From: Anolis carolinensis
Taxonomy: Eukaryota
Assembly: GCF_035594765.1 (NCBI RefSeq)
Contig: NC_085845.1
Coordinates: forward strand, 140,074,897-140,138,896
Length of the DNA stretch: 64,000 bases
Direction of reading: 5' to 3'
Shown here: one piece after another, positions 25,282 through 37,256 of the stretch
Layout: every line of letters begins with the position of its first letter
Position numbering within the stretch: position 1 is the first letter of the stretch
Translations under genes and position numbers: made by a program
Notes under the pieces: generated by a model
Told to the model about the DNA's origin: nothing
Database searches by the model: none
What the model saw: the letters and a program-made list of their open reading frames with translations, nothing else

Positions 25282-26777
25282 CACTACAAAATTACAGCAC
25301 TATGATTCCACTTTAGCTTCCATGGCTGCATTCCTTGAAATTCTGGTGAGGCACCCTCTGGCTGTGAAATCTAAATACAGCTCCTTGAGCTTCAAATCCC
25401 AGGATTCCATATAATGTTGTTATGGAAATTGAAGTGGAATCATAGTTCCAGAACAGTGTAATGTGAAAGGATCCCGTAATCTGACTTTCGCCTGTATGCA
25501 ATCTCCAGGATTTTCAGTAAGAGTGTTTCTCAGCTTCAGCTGGAGATACAGAGATGTAATCTGGACTTTATTGCATGAAGAACATGTGCTTTGCAGTTAT
25601 TCCATTGTGGCCTGCTGATCTTGTGCTGCTCAAGTGATATGAGATGCTACCTAGCAGACAATGGAAAAGAACACTGTACTATCTATTTGAGTCCTAAGAA
25701 GGTAAGCTAAAGAATACGAAAATTGATAAAACATTGGAAAGAACTTGGTTGAGGAGAAAATTTCTAAGATAAAGTGGGGGGAAAAATCAAAGGTTATCTA
25801 AAATAAATAACATAATGGTTCTTGAATCCTACTTTTCATAATTTCCTGCTTTGTTTTAATATTAAGAGACTCCACGTGCATTTTCAAATTTGTCAGGATG
25901 ATGTAATTCCAATGACAGGGAGGCATTTGTAAAAGTGACTAAAGAGACTGGGGGGAGAATTGCTTAATCTTTCCTGCACCTGGATTCATCTGAGCAAATG
26001 CTCCTTTTCAGTGACATTGCTCATTGCAAATCTTGTTACCCCATTTGTATTCCGGAATGTTTCATTGAATACAAGTGGGGCAACAAATAGTGTTACTAAT
26101 ATTGGAGTGGTGTACTGAGACTTGGAAGATCCACACTCCAGTATCTATGAATTAATGAAATGCACAATTCTGACCTTGGACCTGTTACTCTCTTGAAATC
26201 CTACCATATAGGGTTGTTATGAGGATCATAGGGAAAGGAGGGAAGATCACCTTGGAAGACTTCTAAATTTATTAGAACTTGTAGGAGTTCCAAATCCTCT
26301 ATTTACTCTGTATTTTGGTGTGGAATTTTGGGTTAGCCTCTTCAAGGTTTTTTAGAAATGTTTCGTTGTTTTTAAAAGTTTCTGTTGTTTCCGTAATTGA
26401 TTACATAGGTATTTAGATCTATGATATCACTGCCAAAACATCAGTATTAATACATTTTTAAAAGGAATAGAGAAGACCTAGTATCATTAATTCATAGGAA
26501 CCTGAGTCATTTTCCATTCAAGAGAAAAGCAGAATATAGAATAAAAACTGGAATCCTGGTGGTTATTCCAAATTAAAGTAGATCAATTGAATCAGTTGTT
26601 GAGGTAGAGAGTCAACGCTTAAGTAAATTCCATTGATTCAATCGGTGTACACTAGTCAGGACATATAACAAGTTTTATGCCATCATCTTTAACATTTTCA
26701 CATTAAAGTGATGCATAGAAAGAAAATAGTCTGTACGAATCAAAGTAGGCTCATCTGCTAGAGAAAAAAATGTCACC

Positions 26778-27958
26778 TGTCATAGACAGAACGCCACCAA
26801 ATAGAGTACAACACAGTTTATTGAGGTTACAGAACTAAAAAATGCCCGTAGGAAACAAAGGACTAGGCAAACACTTGTCTTCAGTGTGAAAAGTAACAGA
26901 AACAGCTTCGTTTGAATTAAAACGGTTCGAAAGAATAAACCGGATTTAACAGGAGTTTAATCCGGATTAAATCAAAAGTGCTTACTTCAGCCTGGCAATT
27001 TAAACAAGCAAAAGTTGGTAAACAGAGGTCAAAATGAACACAAAAAACTGGCAGCAGATTCCTCTCTGCTACTCAAAAGCTACAGATGAGTAACTCAGGC
27101 TGTTTACTCTTCCGTGCAACGAGCGAAATCCAGGTCCAGGCACATCAATCAGGGTAACGGCGGTCAGCAGGGTCCCAATCCGGTCCAAGGTCGAAAGCCA
27201 AGCGCAGACGTCTAAAGTTCCACAAGTTCCACCGATAGCCACAGAAGGGATAGTCCAAGGTCGTAGTCAGTCAGTCAGTCCAGCGTCAATCCAGAGTAGG
27301 TAATTAATGTCCGTCAAAAAGACGACGGAGGTCCAAGCTATCAAGATTAAACACAAGTTGCACAGAAAAACCCCACACAGTTCCTCCCGCCGTCTATGCC
27401 CAGTGTCCTTGGTAACTTACGTATCCAGCAACGAATCACACCCGTCTTCAGGAAGTTCCCCAACAAGAGCCCAAGCGTTCGTCCAGATTACCTTGCCCAA
27501 CGCAATTAGCCATTGATCCTAAACCCCATTTTATCCCAGTTCATAACTCCTCATCGCTGTCAGCTGCTATCCTAATTCCAGGTGCCTCATCATCATCATC
27601 CTCATCAGAACTAAAACACCTTTGACTACGCCCCACAGCATCCCCAGCTGTGGATCCCGCTCCATCCCTCCAGCCCGTCCATGGGTCTGATCCTGCAACC
27701 CGCCAATCGTCTCCCATACTATCATTGCCGGTGACACCCAAATCCTCCCTTACACGAGTCCACTCCATGTCATCCTCCTCTGAGCTAACCATCTCTTCCT
27801 CCATTCGCTCGGTAAAACCCTCAAATGAGTCTTCATCTGTTGGTTCTGCAAATAAGTCCCGGAGCCGTTTCCTTTCGCGCTCCTCAAAAGAGTCTGACTC
27901 TCGAGGAGTCTTACGACCCCGTCTCCTAGTATCGGAGCCAGAAGGCTCAACCATAACA
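26778..27958 (-). mobile_element. Solo LTR (1181 bp), same family as 36021-37256
   Basis: Minus strand TGTTATGG...CTATGACA; TSD tcacc / ccacc; AATAAA near its 3' end; colinear with the second copy. Confidence 0.93.
27541..27954 (-). CDS. LTR U3-encoded acidic protein (137 aa) with an FxGF motif; probable retroelement Pol/integrase tail or accessory ORF
   Basis: ATG at LTR position 5; intact and homologous to 36025-36453 with mainly synonymous differences. The upstream MEFQVYTINLG of the ORF track is flanking host DNA. Confidence 0.65.
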   Translation of the reverse strand: MVEPSGSDTRRRGRKTPRESDSFEERERKRLRDLFAEPTDEDSFEGFTERMEEEMVSSEEDDMEWTRVREDLGVTGNDSMGDDWRVAGSDPWTGWRDGAGSTAGDAVGRSQRCFSSDEDDDDEAPGIRIAADSDEEL

Positions 27959-28809
27959 CCACCCAAATTAATAGTGTAGACCTGAAATTCCATTTTTCAT
28001 TGTGGCAATACAATGCTTGGTAGATTCTCAGATATTGTTGGAATGCAAATCTCAGCAGTTCTAGACTGCATAACTATTAATGAGACTGGAGTTGTAGTCC
28101 AATATCCCATCCCTAGGATAATGGAATGGCAATTAACATGTTGTAATTTTGTAGGTAAATGAAATAAGACAGAGATGGTCAACAGTCACTGAAATTGCAG
28201 CTGTACTGTGGTTTGAAGTTCTGATGTCTTTTGGATTAAGTCCAGTAGTCTGCTAAGGAAATCTCATTGCAGCTAGATAACATATTTATTCTAAATTGAA
28301 AAAAACTTTACAATTAAAACTGTAATGCAAAGATTGGTAGGTCAACCATTCTGATAAAAACGTCTATATTAAACTAACGCTACCCACTCACATGCCAGAG
28401 CACACAACTAATTAGCATTCTAGCCTTTATCTACCTATTGTATTTTCAATTTAGTAAGTGAAAAGCTTTCTTAGGCTTACTGTCTTAGGAAAGTGACAAG
28501 AGGGCATTAGGCTGGGGCAATAATTACACCACTTATTTCGGCTTGTTGTCAAATATCAACCTTGTTCCAAGAAATTGGGCATTGATACCAATTAATCTTA
28601 GACCTTTGTTTTCTAATGTCACTGCGGGGAATCTTGGTTGTTCAAACAGCAACATTTTTTTTTAAAGCCATACTACCCATATGACTTATTTTTGAAAAAT
28701 ATACTGGCAACATCCTCACTCTATTTGTTCAGTTTGTGAAATTAAGTTCCATATTTACAACAGATCCTAGAGCACTCCTCTTTAGGAATAATGAATTAAT
28801 GAATGAGAC

Positions 28810-28895
28810 TTTATTTCTATCCCACCCTATCTCTGCAGTGAGGACTCAGGGTGGCTTACAACATATAGAGAGGCAAACATTCAATGCCGTATAAA
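28810..28895 (-). mobile_element. L2-type 3' tail
   Basis: cccaccctatctc...ggactcagggtggcttaca. Confidence 0.65.
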
Positions 28896-31578
28896 AATAC
28901 AAAACAACATAAACCAAAAGATAAAATCCAATGTACATTTACACAAGCCACAATGACAACCAGACAATTGAACACAGACCAACAAATTCACGTTTCATAT
29001 TTAACAGATTTTTAAAATTCAAAGTTTAAAAGATTAAATTAAAATTAAAAGCATTTAAAAGCCAAATCCATTATTATAAAGGTAAATTTCAATCTATGGA
29101 TTGTAGGAGTGTGGATTTTGCTTTTTAAAATATGTTCAACTTCAATTTGGAAACAGAAAACAAATAATAGGATGTACAATAGAAGCAAATTGGCCAAATA
29201 CAGCTGCACAGCAAATGCTAACCCAGGAAAGATGGTAGAGCAAAAAATGTAGGTTACCGTCAACAGAAACCTAACAATTCTGAATAAATCCTTAGATACT
29301 GACTATCACAACTTTATCAAAGAAAAACATTTTAAAGCAAAAGCGAAGAGAGTAAGGGGAAAACTCTAAGCAATTGCCTTCCACCATGATGAGAAGGCCA
29401 CTTTCTTGGATGCCAAAGCTATGGCATCTAGTGGAGAAAGGTAGCATGCTCCTTCTTCCCAGCTGACCAGCCAACATAACACATTCTGGTGGGATGGGTA
29501 GGGGGTGCAATGAACAGGCCAATATAAAGGAAACTTCTCCCTCAGGAGCTTCAATATCTCCCTAGGTAGAATGACTTCATTTGGCCTCTCTCTTATTCGC
29601 CTTTCCTCTTTTGGTACCCAGATATAGTTCTTTGGTGTCCAAATAATTATAATGGGATTGTGTGATGTAAATTGTTATTACCTTTAATACTTTTCCACAT
29701 TTTGATGTTGCGGGAGGGCTCACTCATGTTTGTGCACTCTCCAGATTAAGGACCCTGGTTAATTTGTGGGTCATCTAATCTTTGGAACCATTCCCTGAGT
29801 TGTGTCAAGGTTTTCTCCTGTAAATTTGAGACTCCATAAGATACAACCATGACAGTTAAAGTTATACCAAAGATGGACACGCCACAGGAGAGGTTTTCAT
29901 TGTACAATTGCTCTGCTTGATTCAAAGGACTCTTCTCCACAAGCATTAAAATCCAGCTTGAAGCTGACTCAAAGTTGGGATGTCAACAAAATGCACACCC
30001 CAATGAAAGATACAGCACAAATTCAGCCCAAAACAGGGTATTAAAAAGCTCACTGGAAATTCTGGATCCAGCTGAAAAATCAGCTGAAGCTAATCTGTGT
30101 ATAAACAATGTGCAGCAGAAAGATGAATGCCAAGTGCAGAGCACTTATGTAGACAGGGCTATTGCTGCAGCAATTGGAGAGGGAACCTGGATACACAGCT
30201 TACTCGGAAAACATATTCTTCTTACATAACAAATACACAACATCAGAAGAATGATGCCAGTGATATGCCCCAAGAGAGAGCAATAGAAAGTGGAGAGAGA
30301 AGGAGGACTGCCTGTTGATTTTGCAGCAGTTTGATTATTCAAGTCAGATCATAATGAACAAAGTCAGCTCAGTTCCATCAATAGATTTGATGGAATTGGA
30401 ACTATGAAGTTTACTGATGAGAAAAACTATTATAAATGACTATTGATATTATAGTACTAAAATCATAGGTGAACGTAACAATATTCTAGGATGGTCATCA
30501 TCCACATAATACAAATGGTTAAAAAAGCCAAATTATAGAAAGTGTGTGGGTATGTGTAGATTGGGGAAAAGGTAGAGACGAAGAAAGAACTAAAATTCCA
30601 CATTCCACTTATTTTATCCAAGGCTGCATATTTATTTGGAGATTAATTTGGTGCATGCAGTGTGTATTTGCCAAGATTTCCCCCTATTTAAATCTTCAGT
30701 TCCAAAGCTATGTTTTTAATCCTATTACTGCTAATTGAGCGAAGTCTACAGTCTTTTTCAGTTAGGTGAAGTTCAAATTGTAATTGGTGTGTGTGTGTTG
30801 GCCAACTTAAGAATGAAATATATTTAATGCTTGCAATGTTATTATATCTACTTTAAAATCACAGCAGTGGTTGAAAGTCCTTAAAAAATAAGCCTTGGGA
30901 AACACTGCGTTGGAGACCAAAGGCGGAGAATGTCAGAGAGACTATTAAAGAAATATATGCATTCATCAAGACTATGTATAAAGTTGTATGCTAACTCTTC
31001 AGTGGCATTCATAGTTCTTAGTTTTGTCAGTGTTTTCTGCTATTTTGACTTTAAAAAAAACAACCAGAATAGAACTCTGTTTGCAAACCTACAGTGAAGA
31101 TGAATATGTCACCTCCAGAATTTGTCTGTTCCAACACGAAACAATTTTCACAATTAGGATGTCTTCCTAAAACAGCATACAGATTGAACCTCCCTTATCT
31201 GAAATGGTTGGGATCAAAAGTATTTTTGGATGTTGGGTTTTTTTTTGTAATACCTGTATGTGCATATACATAGTTATGGTGGAAAGAAAAGAGAGGGAGA
31301 TTCCATTTTTACAGGGCCCCTGTCAAAAAGTAGACATCCCGTAGTCTTCTCTGGCTCTTCCACCTTTTTAGCGAAGTAGTCTGAATAAAGGGGGAAATGC
31401 TCCCCTCTGCTCCTATGCATCTATTTAATTCTCCTTGGGCTTGATCTAGGTGGCAGTCAATAGGGGCCTCTCTGTTTGCTCTTGTGGTCATTTCTAGTGT
31501 GCTTTCCCCGTTCTGCTCTCGGCTAGGCAGAACGTGAGTAAAGAAGTGTCTTGTACATCTGCTTTTCTAGATAAGGGA

Positions 31579-31888
31579 GGTAAGAGGTAAAGATTTTCCC
31601 CTGACATTAAGTCTATTCTGGGGGTTGATGCTCATCTCAATTTCTAAGCCGAAGAGCCAGTGTTGTCTGTAGACACCTCCAAGGTCACATGGCCAGCATG
31701 ACTACATGGAGCGCTGTTACCTTCCCATCTTTTGATCTACTCACATTTGCATATTTTTGAACTGCTAGGTTGGCAGAAGCTGGGGCTGACAGCGGGAGCT
31801 CACTCCACTCCCCGGATTCGAACCACTGACCTTTCAGTCAACAATTTCAGCAGCTCAGCAGTTATCTATGGAGCCACTGGGGGCTCCA
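31579..31888 (-). mobile_element. Sauria SINE
   Basis: Reverse complement of the Sauria consensus; 11-bp TSD tagataaggga (31568-78, 31889-99). Confidence 0.93.
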
Positions 31889-31915
31889 TAGATAAGGGAC
31901 ACTCAATTTGGATTT

Positions 31916-33072
31916 ACCCGGGATCTTTACGTCCCTTTCTGAAGGTTCTCAAGGCCAAGGTGTTCCCCATTGCTTTGTATGGAGCTGAAATATGGGGGGA
32001 TCAAGATCTGGCATTGGTAGAAAGATTCCAACTTCGCCACTTGAAAATTGGCTTAGGTGTGGAGAGATCATCCCTGTCAGCTGCTGTGAGAGCAGAGATG
32101 GGGGTACCCCCAATTTCCACAGTAATCCTGAAGAGACAGATCAATTGGTGGTACAAAATAAGACAAATGTAACCACATAGACTCCCAGCCATATGCCTAT
32201 TAGAACAAGAAAACCACAAAGAGTGGTCATCATGGCTAAGCAGACTTGGTCACACGGTCAGCAAGATAGGTTTTGCCCCACACGAGCTAATAAATTTCGG
32301 GGCTAAAGTGTGCTCAATTGTATACCAAAGAGCCCTTGACATTGCTGCACAAAATGATCTTATGATCATAGCGCAAGCTAGAGCCACTCCATACCTGGCC
32401 AAATTTAAATGCAATGTGGGCATGGAAACTTACCTCTTCTTGACTCTTCCATTATATATTAGAAAACTTTTTACTCGGGCTAGATTCGATCAGCTCGACA
32501 TTAAGTCCAAGCTAGGAAGACATCAGAATATCCCCTATATGCAGAGAACCTGTGGGTGTCGTGAGGTAGATGCAGAAGTGGAGGACTCAGAACATTTCTT
32601 CTTAAAATGCCCCTACTGCACCAGGATTCGATCTCTCTATTTAGACCCTCTGCTGGAGAATCATACTCACTTAGAGAATGAGGAGAAATTGCATATCTTT
32701 CTACAGGGTTCAGATAAAAACTCAATTTTAAAACTGGCCCCTTTTACACAAAAAGCGCTGGCCATTCGTGAGAAGATGAAAGCTGAGAGCTGATACATTA
32801 TTGCCACTAACAAAATCCAAACTTAAAATTTACTATGGACAAGACACTTGTTTTACTTACCCCTGTCCTTGTTCAAACCTTTCCTTAGGAAATTACTAAT
32901 TTTAACCTTTTTACTCTGTATTTGTCTAGGAGCGGGTTATTAGGCTGCAGGTCGGGATGTTTTGTATCTTTACATGGTTTTATTGTGCGTAAGTGTGTAC
33001 GTATTGTATGTTTTACATGTTTTGATATGGTCAAAAGTGACTAATTAATAAAGAATTGTTGTTGTTGCTTCT
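31916..33072 (+). mobile_element. RTEX-like LINE 3' fragment
   Basis: VFPIALYGAEIWG and C-terminal RTCGC...EVEDSEHFFLKCPY; (TTG)n tail after AATAAA; 13-bp TSD tcaatttggattt (31903-15, 33073-85); internal stop at 32170-72. Confidence 0.85.
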
Positions 33073-34254
33073 TCAATTTGGATTTGGATTTCATCAAAGT
33101 GATAAAAATCTGTTATGAACAAACAAACAAACTACATGACTGGAGTATTGCATTCATTTTATCTTACATTTTCATCACAGCTGCCATTTAATTATATTCT
33201 GTAGTTGTAATTTAATTACCTAATCAAGATCATTGAAGATCATTAAAGATATTATACTTCCAGGCACATTCAAACCTGTCTAAAAAGATAGTTGGAAAAG
33301 TACAGTAGTTGCCTAAGAGTTCAACCCCAAACAAACTCTCACCCAAGCAAAAAGTAGATTGGAAAAAATACCTGTAATACCAGAATTCAAAGAATTAGAT
33401 TGCTTTTTATTCTTGCAATCCTCGTTAAGTGCTATATCTGTTTCTAAGAGGTAAAATCTAAGTGGCAAGGCAGATTGAAAGTGATGGAGACACAACTATT
33501 ACTGGGCACAGTGCCTGTCTGTAGACTTAGTTGACACATTTATATAAAGCTGCATCTCCTTGCCTATTATTAGCAGAGGAAATGATGGCGACACCTTCAA
33601 AATGATCTTCCAGTGCTGTGCTAGTTATCTCTCTGCTTAATGGCTTTCCTTGCAACAGAAAGTAGTTCCTCCTTTAAAAAAGTGGCCATTTTCTACATCC
33701 TCCTGTTTTGATTATGCAGTTGATTAAACCCCCTCCCCCCAATAATCCATAAGCAATGCTTTTTTTTTTTTGCAAGAATAACTAACATATTGGCAGAAGT
33801 GGACTGTTACCAACTATTTATTCCCCATGTTGTTGGTTTAGCAGCTGTGTTGCATATTCCTCTGAAATACCTGTTACTAATGTACAATATGTGTATGCAC
33901 ACTCATACAAGTACAGTTTGGGGCCTCTCAAGTCACGACATATATCAATTCACCTATTTATTCTTCTGGCCAAGTCTCTTGCATTCTGAACTCTGTAAAA
34001 TGTATGCTTGTGGTTTTGATTTTCGAAATTGTTTTCAAAGGACCTATTTACAAATTATATATTATCAGAAATTTCATAGTAACAAAGATATAATTGCATT
34101 ACAGTACAATTGTAACTTAGCAAAAAAATAACTGGATTCTATTGCTGTTATAAACGTATCTTTACTAAAGGAGGTGGAATATTACATAGTTACAGTGCCA
34201 ATTTGTGCTGTGCCTTCTGTTACCGCCTCGTGCTTTATTTTACATAAATTTAAA

Positions 34255-34440
34255 GCAGACAATTAAGACATTGAAACAGTTCCAGCTTTCCCATATCTTG
34301 ACTCAATCACTAATCAGAATGGAGATTTCAGTCAAGAAATCAAGAAAATTAGGGTTGGAAGGAGGGTAGCTATGAAGCAATGCAATATTGACAGGAATGT
34401 TGCAAAGGCCCAAATTGTATAACGCAAGTGGAATTCACCT
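34255..34440 (+). mobile_element. Old RTE (BovB-like) LINE remnant; further pieces at about 35140-35210 and 37745-37810
   Basis: Translates DIETVPAFPYLDSITNQNGDFSQEIKKI; later EAKIIK...YFGHI (frameshifted); RTE-type tail catagggtcaccataaat. Confidence 0.55.
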
Positions 34441-34674
34441 CCCCGTTGAGGGGAATGCTTTGTTTTTGGAAGACTTGGAAGGGAGGTATTGAATCCATGA
34501 TTGGCTTTTCGGTCGAGAAAAATGACCAGGTAGACACCTGTCACTTTTTGTAACATGTTAAAAGTTAACTTAGATTTGGTAGGCACCATGGCACCCCCTT
34601 TGTGAGTGAAGGATGGCCTTCTGGAATGGTCTCTTTAGGATCTCTACCTTGGTGGGCTGGGAAAAGAGCCACCC

Positions 34675-35105
34675 TTATTTATTTATTTATTTATTTATTT
34701 ACAGTATTTATATTCCGCCCTTCTCACCCCATATACACATAGAACCGAGACAGAGACAGACGCAGAGTCAATTTCACCTTCTCCTGAGGGGATGTTTGAT
34801 TCTGGCCACAGGGAGGAGCAGCTGCTTCATCATCCACTGTGATAGCACTGTGATGGCACTTCCTCATTCCAACGTCGTAAATTAGTTAAATTTGCCTCCC
34901 CACTTTATAAGTGGTACCTTATTTCCTATTTGATAGATGCAACTAACTTTTGGGTTGCTAGGTCAGCAATGAGCAGGGGCTATTTTTTATTTTTTTAATT
35001 GACGGGTGCTCACCTCGCCACGGGCTGGCCTCGAACTCATGACCTCATGGTCAGAGTGATTTATTGCAGCAGGCTGCTCACCAGCCTGTGCCACAGCCCG
35101 GCCCC
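34675..35105 (-). mobile_element. tRNA-derived SINE with an L2-type tail (Anolis SINE2-like)
   Basis: Minus-strand head ggggccgggctgtggcacaggctgg (A box) ... gagttcgaggcc (B box); (TAAA)n tail. Confidence 0.8.
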
Positions 35106-35329
35106 TTGAGGCTAGAATCTCTCAAGTCTGAACAATCACAAGAAGCCAAGATCATTAAACAGACTGTTGTACTTTGGCCATATTGAGACAACAAACGACT
35201 CACTATAAAAAATCAGGTTGTATGCATAAATTTCAATGTTTTTACCTTCTTTTGCTTTGTTTAGATTCTGATTGTTTCTTCCCAATGTAATATGCAGAAT
35301 GGTATATTTATGTTATTATTTAATTCTTG

Positions 35330-35487
35330 TTAATCTGTGATTACCTTTGATGTAGATGTTATTTGTTTTGGGTTGGGGTGCGGTGGATTGTTTTATCTCA
35401 GTCTAGTTTTTATGGCATTAAATATTTGCCAATATCTGTTGTTAACTGCCCTGAGTCCCCTTGAAGAGATAGGGTGGGATATAAATA

Positions 35488-35535
<48 letters not shown>
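35330..35535 (+). mobile_element. L2 3' UTR and tail ending in (TTA)n
   Basis: ctgccctgagtcccc...gagatagggtgggatataaata followed by (TTA)n. Confidence 0.7.
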
Positions 35536-35537
<2 letters not shown>

Positions 35538-35663
35538 TGTATGACACAGCTAACAAGACAGATATGCTGGATTTCGTATCACAAAATCACAAGTCGAACA
35601 CTTCCCAAGTATCTAGGACTGTGTGATGTATTTTCGGATGATGTGTGCAGATCCCAGTAGGGT

Positions 35664-35664
<1 letters not shown>
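35536..35664 (-). mobile_element. R4/Dong-clade LINE 3' end inserted in (TAA)n
   Basis: Minus strand encodes TLLGSAHIIRKYITQS*; flanked on both sides by TAA/TTA repeats. Confidence 0.75.
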
Positions 35665-35722
<58 letters not shown>

Positions 35723-36020
35723 TTTAGCCCCCAGTGGCACTGTGGGTTGAACCACTGAGCTGCTGAACTTGCTGATCGAAAGGTCGGCGGTTCAAATCTG
35801 GGGAGCTGGGTGAACTCCTTCTGTTACCCCCAGCTTCTGCCAACCTAACAGTTCGAAAACATGCAAATGTGAGTAGATCAATAGGTTTCACTACGGCAGG
35901 AAGGTAACGGTGCTCCATGCAGTCATTTTGGCCACATTACCTTGGCGGTGTCTACAGACAACGCTGGCTCTTTGGCTTAGAAATGAAGATGAGCAACAAC
36001 CCCCAGAGTTGGACATGACT

Positions 36021-37256
36021 TGTTATGGTTGAGCCTTCGGGCTCCGATAATAGAAGAAGGGGGTATAAGACTCCTCGAGAGTCAGACTCTTTCGAGGAGC
36101 GTGAACGAAAACGGCTCCGGGATTTGTTTACAGACCCGACAGATGAGGACTCATTTGAGGGTTTTTCTGAGGGTTTGGAGGAAGAGATGGCCAGCTCGGA
36201 GGAGGATGACATGGAATGGACTCGTGTGAGGGAGGATTTGGGTGTTGGGGAAACAGGCAATGAAAGCATGGGAGGTGAGTGGCGGGTTGCAGGATCAGAC
36301 CCATGGACTGGCTGGAGGGATGGAGCGGGATCCACAGCTGGGGATGCTGTGGGGCGTAGTCAAAGGTGCTTTAGCTCTGATGAGGATGATGAGTTTGGGG
36401 CGCCTGGAATTGGGATGGCAGCTGACAGCGATGATGAGCTTGAACTGGGATAAATTGGGGTTTGGGATCAATGTCTAATTGCGTTGGGCAAGGTAATCTG
36501 GACGGACGCTTGGGCTTTTGTTGGGGAACTTCCTGAAGACGGGTGTGATTCGTTGCTGGATACGTAAGTTTACCAAGGACACTGGGCATCGACGGCGGGA
36601 GGAACTGTGCGGGGTTTTTCTCTGTGCAACTTGTGTTTAATCTCAATAGCTTGGACCTCCGTCATCTTTTTGACGGGCAATACCTACTCACACTGGATTG
36701 ACGCTGGACTGACTGACTTCGATTCTGGATTATCCCTTCTGCTGCTTATCGGTGAGACCTTTGGATTCCTAGACGACTACGTTTGGCTATTGACCTCTGG
36801 ACCGGATTGGGACCCTGCTGACTGCCGTTTCCCTGACTGCTGAGCCTGGACCTGTATATCGTTGGCTGTTGAACCTTAAATTGAATCCTGACTACGACCA
36901 CGTTTTCCTTCGCTGCAGCGAGGAATAAACAAGCCTGGTTTAGTCTCCAGCTGTTTCTGAGTAGCAGAGAGGAATCTGCTACCAGTCTGTTGTTTACATT
37001 CTGACTCCTGTTGATCCTCCTTTGTTTGCATTGTTTGCCAGGCTGAAGTAAGCACTTTTGATTTAATCCGGATTATACTTCTGTTTAACCCGGTTTTTCT
37101 CTTTGAGTTGTTTAAGCTCAATCTGAGTTGTTTTTGTGTTACCTATCACACTGAAGTCAAGTGTTTGCCCTGTTCTTTGTCTCCTATGGGCATTTTTAGT
37201 TCTGTAATCTCAATAAACTGAGTTTTGCTTTACTCACTGGCGTTCTGTCTATGACA
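36021..37256 (+). mobile_element. Solo LTR (1236 bp)
   Basis: TGTTATGG...CTATGACA; perfect 5-bp TSD tgact (36016-20, 37257-61); AATAAA at 37212-17. Confidence 0.95.
36025..36453 (+). CDS. LTR U3-encoded acidic protein (142 aa) with a basic NLS-like patch and an LxxLF-acidic-FxGF motif
   Basis: Intact ORF from LTR position 5; homologous to 27541-27954; the only internal indel is an in-frame 6-nt event. Confidence 0.65.
   Translation: MVEPSGSDNRRRGYKTPRESDSFEERERKRLRDLFTDPTDEDSFEGFSEGLEEEMASSEEDDMEWTRVREDLGVGETGNESMGGEWRVAGSDPWTGWRDGAGSTAGDAVGRSQRCFSSDEDDEFGAPGIGMAADSDDELELG

Noticed and set aside
31309-31568. Possible inverted 5' part of the RTEX element
   Set aside because: The RTEX TSD places its 5' end at 31916, and no recognisable motif was found in this segment.
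35952-36335. Antisense Ser-rich ORF in both LTR copies (also 27650-27979)
   Set aside because: It starts at GTG, runs out into unrelated flanks and is the codon-register mirror of the constrained sense ORF.
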